Below, piece by piece: positions 6,879-17,448 of a stretch of 62,387 nucleotides of DNA. The DNA comes from an uncultured virus (IMG/VR IMGVR_UViG_3300032167_000064) (Duplodnaviria > Heunggongvirae > Uroviricota > Caudoviricetes). The notes beneath the pieces were generated by a model. The model was not told the DNA's origin. It saw only the letters and a program-made list of their open reading frames with translations, and did no database searches. Within the stretch, counting starts at the first letter, position 1; each line of letters begins with the position of its first letter. Made by a program: the position numbers and the translations under genes. Location of the stretch: IMG/VR virus record IMGVR_UViG_3300032167_000064, positions 62,001 through 124,387 of that record. One strand, given 5' to 3'.

Positions 6879-7988
6879 ATGATTGATTTTAGATCAATGG
6901 GAAAATTAGAATATATGACCAAGTATCGTATTGATAAAGATAAAAAGACTATTAAAGGTTTTTTGGCAATTATTGAAAATATAGATAACGAATTTTTCAA
7001 AATTTGTATATCTGCATTTTTGGATGATACAGATAATATTAAAGGACCTATTTTTAATAATCTGGTAGTATTTAGGGACAGAATGGGAATTCAGCATAAA
7101 TTTAGTTTCGAAACTCGTTATATAATGAGATTAGATCATTATATCGAGCATATTAAAAGAACTTATAAAACAAAAGTTAAAAAAGAAACTGTAAAGTTGG
7201 ATTTCTCACAACGTCATTGGTACAATTCTACTATTAAAACAGAGAATGAATATCAAGTTAATCTTGGTTCTATAAGAAAAGGAAAAAATGTTGATGCTGA
7301 ATCTGGAGATATGATAATAACAGTAGATAAAAAGAATGGTGTTATTTGTAGAGAAAAAGATGCATTTATAAAACCTATAAGTATTATAAATGATGAGGTA
7401 AAATTTGACAATTTATCTATAGAAATTTTTACTCTTGGAAATACAGGAATAGTTCATTTTGTAGATAAAGAAATTTATCATGATTATTATGATACAAATG
7501 GAAAATATCATCATTTAAAATTTTCAAGATTAGATGTAGCTAGAGATATGGCTTTACATAATATTCCTACTTTATATCAGAATCATAAAATCATTAATAT
7601 TGATGATCAGGAAACAATAGAAGTAGAATACGATGTATATGGTATATACAAATCAAACAATGTAGAAGAAAAATATCCTGTAATGTATGACGAAATTTAT
7701 TCAAGTAGAGATATATCCGGATATCCTGCAATTGTATATTCTCTTCATCCTGTACATATTGATCATAATAATCTCAGTTTAACTCATTCAGATTCTTTAT
7801 ATGCTTTAGATAATTATGATTCAGCGTTTGAAGCAAATAATAATGAATATATCTTTACTAGAGAAACTAGAAGATTTGGTCAAAGAGAGATTGACAAAAT
7901 CAAACATGAAATAAAAGATAATAGACATGGTATTATGGTTCCTAGCATTGATAGTCTTATTTACGAAGTTTTATATGGAAATAATTAA
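6879..7988 (+). CDS. Hypothetical protein
   Basis: 369-aa ORF with RBS GGAGGT. Confidence 0.7.
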   Translation: MIDFRSMGKLEYMTKYRIDKDKKTIKGFLAIIENIDNEFFKICISAFLDDTDNIKGPIFNNLVVFRDRMGIQHKFSFETRYIMRLDHYIEHIKRTYKTKVKKETVKLDFSQRHWYNSTIKTENEYQVNLGSIRKGKNVDAESGDMIITVDKKNGVICREKDAFIKPISIINDEVKFDNLSIEIFTLGNTGIVHFVDKEIYHDYYDTNGKYHHLKFSRLDVARDMALHNIPTLYQNHKIINIDDQETIEVEYDVYGIYKSNNVEEKYPVMYDEIYSSRDISGYPAIVYSLHPVHIDHNNLSLTHSDSLYALDNYDSAFEANNNEYIFTRETRRFGQREIDKIKHEIKDNRHGIMVPSIDSLIYEVLYGNN

Positions 7989-7993
7989 AAGAA

Positions 7994-8022
7994 AGCGTTA
8001 GGAGTGACAAACTCCTAACGCT
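7994..8022. terminator. Bidirectional hairpin terminator
   Basis: AGCGTTAGGAGT / ACTCCTAACGCT between convergent genes. Confidence 0.75.
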
Positions 8023-8026
8023 ATTT

Positions 8027-9346
8027 TTATACTGTTCGAGATGCTGCTGTAGAGCCAAGAGGTTTGTTTGCAGAACTTGATCTATTAGAAGATCTATTTC
8101 TAGTAATTAAACTAGGTTTATATGTATCTTCCATAGATCTAGCAACCTCTTCCGTTACAGCCTGTTTTAATCCAACATTACAACTTATAATAAATTTATT
8201 GCCAGATTTTTGATAAAAGAATTCTCTTTTATAAGCAAGATAATATTTACCATTATATTGAGAATAATCGGGATAGTGTTTAATATTATATCTCTTATTA
8301 GGAGTAAATATATCTGGGTCCAGATTTTGTTTCAATAATTGAACCATTACTGCATTACTTTGTAGATCATTTTTAATAGCAGCAGCACTATTAGATCTTA
8401 CATAAGTAGTCTTAGTTGTATTTTGTTCATTTGGATTTGTAGTAACAGTTAAATTTTGTTTACCAGTTATATCACTATAACCAACAATATTATTTGCTAC
8501 TTTATCAGTTGATGTATTTACAATAACATTGGTATCATTTGCATTTACATAAACATGATAAGCTCCATTTTCTATATTAAATCCATCTGTAAATGCTTCT
8601 TTTGCAGTATAATTCTTTATTTCTATAATAACAGTATCAGGTTTACCGTCTTTGCTAGATACAGCTTCTCCATTTCTAGGTATAAGATAAGTATGTTTAA
8701 AATCCATAAAGAATGTAAAATATGAATCCCAGAAAGCAAACTTATTAAACAAGAAATTTAGCAGTTTATATCTAGAAGATAATGGTGGTAATAAAATGCT
8801 AGGAAATGTAGTATCATATTTAATATCAGGCATTATAACATTTCTCATTCCACCTAAAGCAACATCTTCTATTATATCCTTTACAGAAATATTCTTAAAT
8901 ACTCCATTAAAAGATCTTCTTAATTCATTTGTCATAGAAGAACTTACAAGACCAATGATAGTTCCTCTATAAGATGTATCTTTTGCAGTTTTTGTTTGAT
9001 TTAAAGTATCAGCATAATTTGCATTAGTATTAGGAGTTACATAACTGAAAGTGTCATTGACCACTTCTTCAAATACAGAAGTTTTTGATAAGGCATTTCT
9101 CTTTCTTATTCTTAATCTAAACTCTGAATAATCTCTAGTGTTAGTGATTTTAGTATACAATTCACTACCAAGATTTACAGATACATATATTACAGGAAGA
9201 ATTCTTTCATTTTCATATATTTCTTCAATCATTGCATAGCTAATTACAGCAGGATCTATAACATAAGCCTGGGGAATACTAGTTTGTGATTGTTTATATA
9301 AGAAGGTCAAGTCAATTTCGCCTTCATAAGCTCTTTCACTACTCAT
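8027..9346 (-). CDS. Probable virion structural protein (tail/baseplate-like)
   Basis: 439-aa ORF with RBS AAGGAG and a late-type promoter motif at 9369-9382; function inferred only. Confidence 0.5.
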   Translation of the reverse strand: MSSERAYEGEIDLTFLYKQSQTSIPQAYVIDPAVISYAMIEEIYENERILPVIYVSVNLGSELYTKITNTRDYSEFRLRIRKRNALSKTSVFEEVVNDTFSYVTPNTNANYADTLNQTKTAKDTSYRGTIIGLVSSSMTNELRRSFNGVFKNISVKDIIEDVALGGMRNVIMPDIKYDTTFPSILLPPLSSRYKLLNFLFNKFAFWDSYFTFFMDFKHTYLIPRNGEAVSSKDGKPDTVIIEIKNYTAKEAFTDGFNIENGAYHVYVNANDTNVIVNTSTDKVANNIVGYSDITGKQNLTVTTNPNEQNTTKTTYVRSNSAAAIKNDLQSNAVMVQLLKQNLDPDIFTPNKRYNIKHYPDYSQYNGKYYLAYKREFFYQKSGNKFIISCNVGLKQAVTEEVARSMEDTYKPSLITRNRSSNRSSSANKPLGSTAASRTV

Positions 9347-9406
9347 TTTAAACTCTCCTTTCTCTTGGATTATTCGGATGTGAATTTGATATCTTTATAA
9401 TTATAG

Positions 9407-9420
9407 AACTTCCTTATAAT
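9407..9420 (+). promoter_or_regulatory. Putative late (non-virion RNAP) promoter motif AACW-N6-TAAT (representative copy)
   Basis: AACTTCCTTATAAT; about 13 similar copies upstream of other genes (see findings). Resembles the AR9 nvRNAP consensus AACA-N6-TA. Confidence 0.65.
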
Positions 9421-9441
9421 TATGAAAAGGAGGTAAGTGTA

Positions 9442-10788
9442 ATGCCCAGAGAGATTATGTCTGCTCAGGATATAGAGCGTAATATTACTTTACCAGAAGA
9501 TAGATATGGTTTTGAAAAAATAAAAAATCTTCACGCTAGTTTAGCATTACCATCTTATGTACATGGTTATTCGTTAGCTATTCAGTATATGTATAATTGG
9601 TTTAAAGCTAAGTTTCCAAATGAATTCTTCAGAGGAGGAATTTATATAGATGGAAAGAATGTTTTGGACGATTATAAGAGACTTAATGACTATGCTATGA
9701 AGAATATTGTAAAAGGACAGAATCCTAGAGCAAGAATTGCTCCTGTTGTACAATACGATTATGATAGAGAAGGTCTCGATGTATATTTAGGTTCTCCTCA
9801 TGTGTATCTGAGAAGATCAAAATTTCAAGATAGTTTCTTCAAAGATCCTGAAAGAGATTTATTTTTAGGATTTGTTCCTAGAGGATTAAGAATGGACTTT
9901 GGATTTAAGGTTCGTTTAAATTCTCGCTCTGAACAGCTTGATACTTATAATATGATGGAATTATATTTCAGAAATGGATCTACACAGTCTGAATATATCA
10001 GTGTAGATTTCCATGTTCCAAAGCATATTGTTCATCATATTGCAGAGAAAGCTGGATTTGAAATCGTAAATGATCAGGTAGTTGATGTAATCGATTTTAT
10101 CAATTACCTTAATCGTCATTCTAGTTTACCTTTCTTATTTAAGATGCGTTCTATTAATCAGCAACCTGAATATTTTATCAGGGTAAATAATGTATATACA
10201 CGTATTGCTGTAAGAGATAAATTACAACTTGATGATGGTGAAAGAGATGGCAAGCTTGATTTTAATTTCCATATAGAAATGGCTGCTACTTTAGATATTC
10301 CTATTCCTCATTATTATGCTTTTTATTCAGCAGAAGAAATGAAGTCTGAGTTGGTTGTAAAAGAAACTACAGATTGTGTTGCTGTTTATAGTATCAATAT
10401 CTTTGATATTCCTGAAGAAGATGAACATGGATGGCAGAATATATCTGAAACTTCTTATCAAGCTGATAAAGGTGAAACAGAAATCGATATGAGTTCCATA
10501 TTCTCTGGTGATAATTTGTTAACTAGAGCTATAGATCACGAATTAACAAATTTTGTTTCTCCATATAAATTCTGCAATATCAAGATATTCAGGCAAAATG
10601 ATGTAGCAAGAGTAGTTGATTTTGACTTTGATTGGAATACTAAGATTGCCAAACTTCATGTTCCTGAAGATGAAGGTGTATTGGATTTAGTTATATATTG
10701 TGATATGGAATATGTAAATAGTCTTAACATTGAACTTGGTAATTATAATAAAACTCGTTTATCAAAAGATAATAGAATAGACGGATAA
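9442..10788 (+). CDS. Probable virion structural protein
   Basis: 448-aa ORF, RBS AAGGAGGT, late-type promoter; function not recognised. Confidence 0.5.
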   Translation: MPREIMSAQDIERNITLPEDRYGFEKIKNLHASLALPSYVHGYSLAIQYMYNWFKAKFPNEFFRGGIYIDGKNVLDDYKRLNDYAMKNIVKGQNPRARIAPVVQYDYDREGLDVYLGSPHVYLRRSKFQDSFFKDPERDLFLGFVPRGLRMDFGFKVRLNSRSEQLDTYNMMELYFRNGSTQSEYISVDFHVPKHIVHHIAEKAGFEIVNDQVVDVIDFINYLNRHSSLPFLFKMRSINQQPEYFIRVNNVYTRIAVRDKLQLDDGERDGKLDFNFHIEMAATLDIPIPHYYAFYSAEEMKSELVVKETTDCVAVYSINIFDIPEEDEHGWQNISETSYQADKGETEIDMSSIFSGDNLLTRAIDHELTNFVSPYKFCNIKIFRQNDVARVVDFDFDWNTKIAKLHVPEDEGVLDLVIYCDMEYVNSLNIELGNYNKTRLSKDNRIDG

Positions 10789-10792
10789 AAAG

Positions 10793-10821
10793 ACCCTAGG
10801 AGTTTTATCAACTCCTAGGGT
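10793..10821. terminator. Bidirectional hairpin terminator
   Basis: ACCCTAGGAGTT / AACTCCTAGGGT. Confidence 0.75.
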
Positions 10822-10829
10822 ATTTATTG

Positions 10830-11015
10830 TCAAATAGAAGATGTTTGTACAGCAACTCTAAGTATCTCTTTATGAATTGCTTTCTTTTCAGCTGCTTTCT
10901 TCTGTTCATAATCAGTGTCAGCATCTGAAATAAATGGATCTGATGTGGGCATATTTGTAGTTAATAAAGTACCACGCCTATTGGTGGTTTTAACTGTTGT
11001 TACATTAAGAGGCAT
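10830..11015 (-). CDS. Small hypothetical protein
   Basis: ATG with RBS GAGAGGT; fills the gap between the upstream gene and the terminator. Confidence 0.55.
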   Translation of the reverse strand: MPLNVTTVKTTNRRGTLLTTNMPTSDPFISDADTDYEQKKAAEKKAIHKEILRVAVQTSSI

Positions 11016-11030
11016 AATAATGTACCTCTC

Positions 11031-11822
11031 TTATTCTCCAAGCTCAGCAAGGATTTCTTCTGCTCCACCCTGCTCTTTCAGCTTAGGAATAGCTTCTGCT
11101 TTAGAAATTCTGTTCTTCTTTCCCTCATTGTCAAGTTCATAGAAGCACCATCTACCGATAGCATCCTTGATAGCAAGAACTTTGCCCACTTCGTCTTCTT
11201 CAGGAATAATCTCCATAGATTCATCTGCAGCATCAAATTCTTCTTCTTCATCTCTCTGAGGATTAAGTGCAGCAATTTCTTCTTCAGTATGTACAGGTTC
11301 AGTTGCAGGTTCCAAATGTTCATCTTCAACTTCTTCCGTAAAATACTTTTCTTCATCTGCATATTCTTCAGCAAGAGCTTCATCCTGTTCCTCTGTATTA
11401 TTTACAGAGAGTCTGTAAGACATATATTCTCCCTGAATATTATCTGTAATTCCAGCTTTTTCACAAAGAGTATCAATAAACTTGATTACATAATCCTTAT
11501 CGATGATATTTAATATAGTTTTAACGATAGAATCATCATCAAGTCTCTTGTTCATCTCTTCTACAACATAATCCCAAGCATTGTCATAAACAGCATTAAG
11601 AACTGTAATTTCAAATTCTTCTACAGAATCGACCTTTGACGGATCAATATCCTTGATTGTAGTAATAATGATCTTGATAAGTTCATCTCCAAGACCTTCT
11701 AAGAACTCAATAGCGGCTTTAGTGTCATCACTGTTCTTTTTTCTGATAATAAGAGCACCGACTCCAACCAGAATAGCAAGAACAAGAATAGCACCAATAG
11801 CAGTGATTAATTCAGCATTCAT
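11031..11822 (-). CDS. N-terminally membrane-anchored acidic protein
   Basis: Hydrophobic N-terminal helix followed by RKK; very Glu-rich C-half; RBS AGGAGGT; late motif at 11849-11862. Confidence 0.7.
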   Translation of the reverse strand: MNAELITAIGAILVLAILVGVGALIIRKKNSDDTKAAIEFLEGLGDELIKIIITTIKDIDPSKVDSVEEFEITVLNAVYDNAWDYVVEEMNKRLDDDSIVKTILNIIDKDYVIKFIDTLCEKAGITDNIQGEYMSYRLSVNNTEEQDEALAEEYADEEKYFTEEVEDEHLEPATEPVHTEEEIAALNPQRDEEEEFDAADESMEIIPEEDEVGKVLAIKDAIGRWCFYELDNEGKKNRISKAEAIPKLKEQGGAEEILAELGE

Positions 11823-11897
11823 ATTAATTTACCTCCTAAAAATTGGTTATTATTAAAAAGTTATACATCTTCTATTTTTATCATTTTAGAAATATAA

Positions 11898-11928
11898 GGA
11901 TACCAGATAGACTAACTATCTGGTATCC
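11898..11928 (-). terminator. Hairpin terminator
   Basis: GGATACCAGATAG / CTATCTGGTATCC. Confidence 0.7.
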
Positions 11929-11943
11929 AGAGTTATTCAACAA

Positions 11944-13422
11944 TTACAGATATTTCTTGATCTCCATAAACTCAAGTATTGTTTTAGAAACAATATTCTT
12001 GGTTTCTTTATCAGCATCAGAATGCTGGCAAGCTTCTCTCAGAGCTTCAATATCTCTGTTGATAGTTGATTCGATAGCAAATCTCTGTCTATCAGTAAGC
12101 TTATTCTTGAAAGCTTTGCCAAGTTCAGTTAAAGCTCCAGATTCATAAAGAACTTCACCGTTTCGCAATACAGAAATGCAACTTGTATATGCCTGAGCAA
12201 TACCATTCATATAAGAACTTTCAGCATAGATATTAAGTTTATCAGTAATATTAGCTGCCTTGCAAATCTTCATGAGATCAGAACATTTCTCTTTTACAAC
12301 TTCTGCAGAAGAAAATTCTCCTGATTCTACAATAATAGTTCTCTCGTCAAGAATCATCTGAAGTTTTCTAGATTCTGCCATCTCACAAGTATATCTATCA
12401 TGTACTTCTCTTTCAGCAAGCTGTGATTCACTCATGAATGCCTTAGAAGTGTTGAAAGATTCTACTCCTGCTTTTATAATAGCATTTGATAATTTAACCA
12501 TAGAATCTCCACAAGATCTTTCAACCTGTCTCTGACCAACAATGTAACAACCAGTATATGCATTTACAATAAGGCATAAGAAAGATGTAAGAAGTTCTGT
12601 AGCATAATGTGTACCTGTACCATAATAATACATCCATTTACTGATAAATACTTCAAGAGTTAATCCTTTAAGATTAAATACACTTGAAACACTTGTGATA
12701 AATTCGAAAATATTACCGAATTCCATATCAGTTAAATATAATTCATAAGCCTTAATTTCAGAAGCAGATAAACCTGCAATCTTTCCAGCGAGAGACTTAT
12801 TATACTGATCCATTTCTTTGCCCATCATATTGGTTAAGAAGAATAAACCAGCCATATAAGCAACTTTCTTGCGATTAGCAGAATATCCAGGAATACCCAT
12901 ATACTCAATATTGTTATGTACCATTGCTACATAACAATCAAGTGCTGCATTTACAATACTACTGTTATTTACAAGCTTATTAGGATTATGTCTGTATAAC
13001 AGATAAATCAAAGCATCGAACAGATAAGCACAAAGTACATCAATCTTCTTACATACATAGTAGCCGTTTTTAAATTCGATGATTCCTGTAGCATCGATAA
13101 ACACTGCCGGCTGTCTTCCATTTGAAGGATCTTTCGCGTCGAAGACTTTGAATGCTCTGGGCATTTCATACTGGTTAATACAGATTTTGACACTGTCCAT
13201 CATAAGAACAGTATACAGAATAGAACTTGTCTGCTGTCTCTTAACCTCTTCTACAATACCTCTGAAAGCATCTGATTTTTTATCTTCAACTCTATGAGCC
13301 TTAATAATGAAATCCATAATAGCCTGATTGTTTCGTTTTTCAGGGTTATCCTGTTCACGGCTGTTCGTTTTCACCTTATAAAGATAGCTATCATTATAAG
13401 TTTTCATAATGAAGTTTTTCAT
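11944..13422 (-). CDS. Hypothetical protein (late-promoter class, possibly virion)
   Basis: 492-aa ORF with RBS GGGAGGT; late motif at 13464-13477. Confidence 0.65.
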   Translation of the reverse strand: MKNFIMKTYNDSYLYKVKTNSREQDNPEKRNNQAIMDFIIKAHRVEDKKSDAFRGIVEEVKRQQTSSILYTVLMMDSVKICINQYEMPRAFKVFDAKDPSNGRQPAVFIDATGIIEFKNGYYVCKKIDVLCAYLFDALIYLLYRHNPNKLVNNSSIVNAALDCYVAMVHNNIEYMGIPGYSANRKKVAYMAGLFFLTNMMGKEMDQYNKSLAGKIAGLSASEIKAYELYLTDMEFGNIFEFITSVSSVFNLKGLTLEVFISKWMYYYGTGTHYATELLTSFLCLIVNAYTGCYIVGQRQVERSCGDSMVKLSNAIIKAGVESFNTSKAFMSESQLAEREVHDRYTCEMAESRKLQMILDERTIIVESGEFSSAEVVKEKCSDLMKICKAANITDKLNIYAESSYMNGIAQAYTSCISVLRNGEVLYESGALTELGKAFKNKLTDRQRFAIESTINRDIEALREACQHSDADKETKNIVSKTILEFMEIKKYL

Positions 13423-13581
13423 TATTACTACCTCCCTTATAATCGTTGTATTATTGATATCAATTTATAAGGATGTTGACTATTTACACAATCCCATAAA
13501 TATAAACTGGGTTATATAATATAATTATGAGATATTGAGCACTTATCAATAATCTAAAATGATACTAAGGAGGTATTAAAA

Positions 13582-14484
13582 ATGAATAAAGTAGAACTTC
13601 CTACAGAAGAACAGGTAGTAAAATATTTGATTACTATTATTGAGGATGCTTACAGAGATGCTGTCAATGAAGATGCATATAATGACGTTGTTGATGATAC
13701 TTATGTTTTTGAAATTTCAGATGATCCAAACGATTTGAAATATTATGTCGCAGTTCAATATTGTTATGATGTAGACTATAATAGAATATTTATTGAATTT
13801 GAATTGTCAAATTCTATTAAAAGATCTTTACCCTGGGAAAGAATTGTAGCTACAATACACAACTTTATTAACGATACTTTCTTCAAAACAACTCATGTAT
13901 ATCCTGAGATTATAGCCTATGATGATGGTACAAATGAAAGATATGATTCAGTTCATGATCTTTCTCCATATACAATTGGATATTGGAATTGTTTACATGG
14001 TCATTATGAATATTTGTATTCTCATCAAGTATTTATGGATCATATGGCTGGTTTAAATGTACCTACTTGGAGTTCTGAATTTATCAAAGAAATGGATGAT
14101 AATTTTAAGAAAAATTATATTTCTAATTATCCTAAGTTCTTAAATGAAATGATAACTATTAGAGATAAGTATAAAATAAGTGCTGATCAGCAGCCTGAAA
14201 AGAAAATTGAAGATTTTGCTGATATAGTACAAGCAATTCATCATAAATATATGAAAGAATTGACAGGTGCTGAAAAAGATTCTTATATTCAGGAATACAT
14301 GTCTGTAGCTGGTAATCCTACAAAGATAAAAGAGCTTAATAAAAAATATGGAATTGGAGATCCAATGTGGTCAAAAGTTCCTGAAATTATGGAAGAATAT
14401 AAGAAAATATATAAAGATTTCTTTGGAGTTGAACTGCATGATTTTATATCTAATACTAAAAGATTTTATATCATTCAGTCTTAA
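13582..14484 (+). CDS. Hypothetical protein (early-promoter class)
   Basis: 300-aa ORF with RBS AAGGAGGT. Confidence 0.7.
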   Translation: MNKVELPTEEQVVKYLITIIEDAYRDAVNEDAYNDVVDDTYVFEISDDPNDLKYYVAVQYCYDVDYNRIFIEFELSNSIKRSLPWERIVATIHNFINDTFFKTTHVYPEIIAYDDGTNERYDSVHDLSPYTIGYWNCLHGHYEYLYSHQVFMDHMAGLNVPTWSSEFIKEMDDNFKKNYISNYPKFLNEMITIRDKYKISADQQPEKKIEDFADIVQAIHHKYMKELTGAEKDSYIQEYMSVAGNPTKIKELNKKYGIGDPMWSKVPEIMEEYKKIYKDFFGVELHDFISNTKRFYIIQS

Positions 14485-14532
14485 TAACTATAAAACGTTA
14501 CATTATTTTTAAAAAGAAAGGAAATTACTATT

Positions 14533-14922
14533 ATGAAATTGAATCTTGGATTCTCTGTTATTGCTAATTGTGTTCCATTGGAACCGGAAAAGTGTGATAT
14601 TAAGTCTACAGAATTTACTATCCATTTTGATATCGAAACAGCTATGATGTTTGTAACCAAACTGGGTCCTAGTGCTATGGATATTGAAATTGGAGAAGAT
14701 CATTTGCCTGCTAAAATTATATTTTCTAGAAAAGCAACAGATCCTGATTATATTGCAATCTTGTTAGTATTAGAAGACGATGATACATTTATTGTTAAAA
14801 ATCCACATCAATTGATAAAAGATTCTTTAGAAGGATATGTAAAACTTACAACACTTGACAAAATTAGTTCTATTATCGATTTTGATTTTGATGCTGGATT
14901 GGAATTTCAGGATCAGAAATGA
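14533..14922 (+). CDS. Hypothetical protein
   Basis: 129-aa ORF followed by a terminator hairpin at 14941-14969. Confidence 0.65.
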   Translation: MKLNLGFSVIANCVPLEPEKCDIKSTEFTIHFDIETAMMFVTKLGPSAMDIEIGEDHLPAKIIFSRKATDPDYIAILLVLEDDDTFIVKNPHQLIKDSLEGYVKLTTLDKISSIIDFDFDAGLEFQDQK

Positions 14923-15031
14923 TTAAATTAAAATTACGAGAGGGGTGAGGACTTAGTGTTCTCACCCCTTTTATTTTTTATCACAGCTCAAACTTCTCTA
15001 TAATGAAAATATAGAGAGGTGTGTTAATTTT

Positions 15032-15886
15032 ATGATAATTGATCAATTAGAATTAGTGTTAGATAATGATCTTTTGGAGTTAGAGGGAATTGATAATGCT
15101 AGAGAGAATATTTGGCTTCATTATAAGGATGCTAATGATAATCCTATACCAAGAGTAACTCATATAATTAAACAGTGTACTGATCAGGAATATCTTATTA
15201 AGTGGGCAGCAAGAATAGGATATAATAAATACGAGATGTATAGAGAAAAAGCTTTAGAAGTTGGCACTTTGGTACATTTTTATATTGATTTATATCTTGA
15301 AGCTAAATATATCAAGAAGGATATATCTTTATTTAAAATAAATTATGATGAAATTGGAGTAGCATATAGAGCTGCTGTTCATAACGGAATTGAAAGTTTT
15401 ATTGCTTGGGAAAAGAATCTCAATCAAATGGGATATTTCATTGAAGAAGTTATTGGTCTTGAAGTTCCTGTAAGATGTCCTTGGTTTGGTGGAACTGTAG
15501 ATGCTATTTTGAGAATCAATGGAGCAGTATACCTTATAGATTTTAAAACATCTAAGCAGATTACTACAGATTATCTTATCCAAGCTGCTGCATATATGTG
15601 GATGATTAATAATGGATATGATCCTGAATTACCTCTTATTGACGGTATTGGAATTATCAGAGTTGATAAACAGAGCATCAGATTTAATGATTTATTTTTA
15701 AATTGTTGGAAATTAGATGCTCGTAATTTTGTAACAAGATTAATTCAGACTTTTTTAAGTTATGTAGAGAGTTATTATAGAACTATTAATTCGAATTTTA
15801 TGTTTGATTGTTATAATAAAACTTTCTATTTCCAATCAGATGTACCTATCGAAAATGGAGGAGGTTATTTTATAAATGGAAACTGA
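15032..15886 (+). CDS. PD-(D/E)XK family exonuclease
   Basis: GTLVH, GGTVDAI...LIDFKTS and QAAAY motifs. Confidence 0.85.
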   Translation: MIIDQLELVLDNDLLELEGIDNARENIWLHYKDANDNPIPRVTHIIKQCTDQEYLIKWAARIGYNKYEMYREKALEVGTLVHFYIDLYLEAKYIKKDISLFKINYDEIGVAYRAAVHNGIESFIAWEKNLNQMGYFIEEVIGLEVPVRCPWFGGTVDAILRINGAVYLIDFKTSKQITTDYLIQAAAYMWMINNGYDPELPLIDGIGIIRVDKQSIRFNDLFLNCWKLDARNFVTRLIQTFLSYVESYYRTINSNFMFDCYNKTFYFQSDVPIENGGGYFINGN

Positions 15887-16085
15887 TAGAATGATCCGGG
15901 AACTTAGACGAACTGCAAAGAAACATGAAAAAGATATGGTTTTTACTGGACAAACAAATATTTTTCTTATGTGTACAGATGTAGCAAATCGTCTTGAAGA
16001 ATTAGATAATGAAAATAAAGATCTTAAAAGACAACTTGAAGATATAAAAATTCTTGAGCGTAGAAAAGAAGATGATGGGAAGTAG
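15876..16085 (+). CDS. Small hypothetical protein
   Basis: RBS GGAGGAGG; in operon. Confidence 0.6.
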   Translation: METDRMIRELRRTAKKHEKDMVFTGQTNIFLMCTDVANRLEELDNENKDLKRQLEDIKILERRKEDDGK

Positions 16086-16096
16086 AGGTTGCACTT

Positions 16097-16654
16097 ATGG
16101 AAAATACAGATCGTATTATTGGAAGCTGTTTGGAAATAAACAGTGATATTATCAGAATGAAATTCGAAGATGTTAAGTATCCTAAGTGGATTATATCTAT
16201 TAAGGAGACTTATTATAGACATAAACTTATTAAGTCTGTAAAGAAATTGGAAAAAGCAAATGTTCCTCTTAATAAAGAAAATTTATTGGAGTTGTTCGCC
16301 TATATCTTCAGTAATTTTCCTCCATATGGAACGTATAAAAATATTAAACAGGTTATGCATGTAGATAAAGAAGATATGAATATCTGGAAAGCCGTAATAA
16401 GATATTCAGAAGATATTGTATATAGTATTGATATCGATGTAAAAGATAATACTTTTACAGTTGCTATTGTTGTAAGAAATCCTGAAAAAGATACAAGAAA
16501 TACTGTTACAGTTTATCTTAAAGAGCTTTACAGCACAAAAGAAAATATAGGAGATCATATTTATGATTTAAATAAGCTTCTCATCAGTATTATTAAAGAT
16601 TACATACTTGACGTAATAGAGTCTACTAAGGAGTTAGAAAGGAAACAAAAATAA
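16097..16654 (+). CDS. Hypothetical protein
   Basis: 185-aa ORF in operon. Confidence 0.65.
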   Translation: MENTDRIIGSCLEINSDIIRMKFEDVKYPKWIISIKETYYRHKLIKSVKKLEKANVPLNKENLLELFAYIFSNFPPYGTYKNIKQVMHVDKEDMNIWKAVIRYSEDIVYSIDIDVKDNTFTVAIVVRNPEKDTRNTVTVYLKELYSTKENIGDHIYDLNKLLISIIKDYILDVIESTKELERKQK

Positions 16655-16656
16655 TT

Positions 16657-17448
16657 ATGGGAAAAATGGAAAAAGAAATGACATCGCTCAAATTACAGGA
16701 TAATCCATTCTTTGAATTTACAAAGAAATATTTCTATTTTTTAAGACAAGTTAAATTCGACTTTGAAAGCCCTGATAGATGTATAACTTCTACTTGGATA
16801 TGGTCGAAAGATAAGAAATATAATATTTCTGATAAATTGGAGCGTGAATTAAAAGATCTACAATTTTGTAGAAATAATAAAGTTGGTCCAATGCAGCTTC
16901 TCAATATCAACTACAGTGTCGATGAATGGCTTGCTTTAGTTAGACAATTTATTGTATATTTAGATACTATTGAATTAGCTTCTTTATATAAAAATGACAA
17001 AGATGAATCTAATGTTTATATTGATTGTGACCCTCTTAATTCTAGTTACGTTCTTTATTATTATGATGATAATAATGAAACAGAATATAGAATTTCGTTT
17101 ATTGAAACTTCTATTCCTAGACCTGGAGCTCCATCTGCAATTGCGACATTTATCAATGCTGCAGAAGATGAAGAAGACTCTACAATAACATTAGTTCAAA
17201 TTGATATTTTAAGAAGATATGGTAATAAAAGAACTAATCAAATCAAACTTGTTGAGAATTCAGGTGATGGAAAAAGTCTTCTTGTCAAACCAGAAGAAGC
17301 TCTTGTATTTAATGTATTCAGAGATATTTTATCTCAGGTTATTTTCAATACCTTTAATGACATTCTTAATAATGTCAATAAAACAATCGGCTTTGAAAGA
17401 AATATAACTGAAGAGGTGTTACATGGATACATTAAATTATCAGAATAA
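16657..17448 (+). CDS. Hypothetical protein
   Basis: 263-aa ORF in operon. Confidence 0.65.
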   Translation: MGKMEKEMTSLKLQDNPFFEFTKKYFYFLRQVKFDFESPDRCITSTWIWSKDKKYNISDKLERELKDLQFCRNNKVGPMQLLNINYSVDEWLALVRQFIVYLDTIELASLYKNDKDESNVYIDCDPLNSSYVLYYYDDNNETEYRISFIETSIPRPGAPSAIATFINAAEDEEDSTITLVQIDILRRYGNKRTNQIKLVENSGDGKSLLVKPEEALVFNVFRDILSQVIFNTFNDILNNVNKTIGFERNITEEVLHGYIKLSE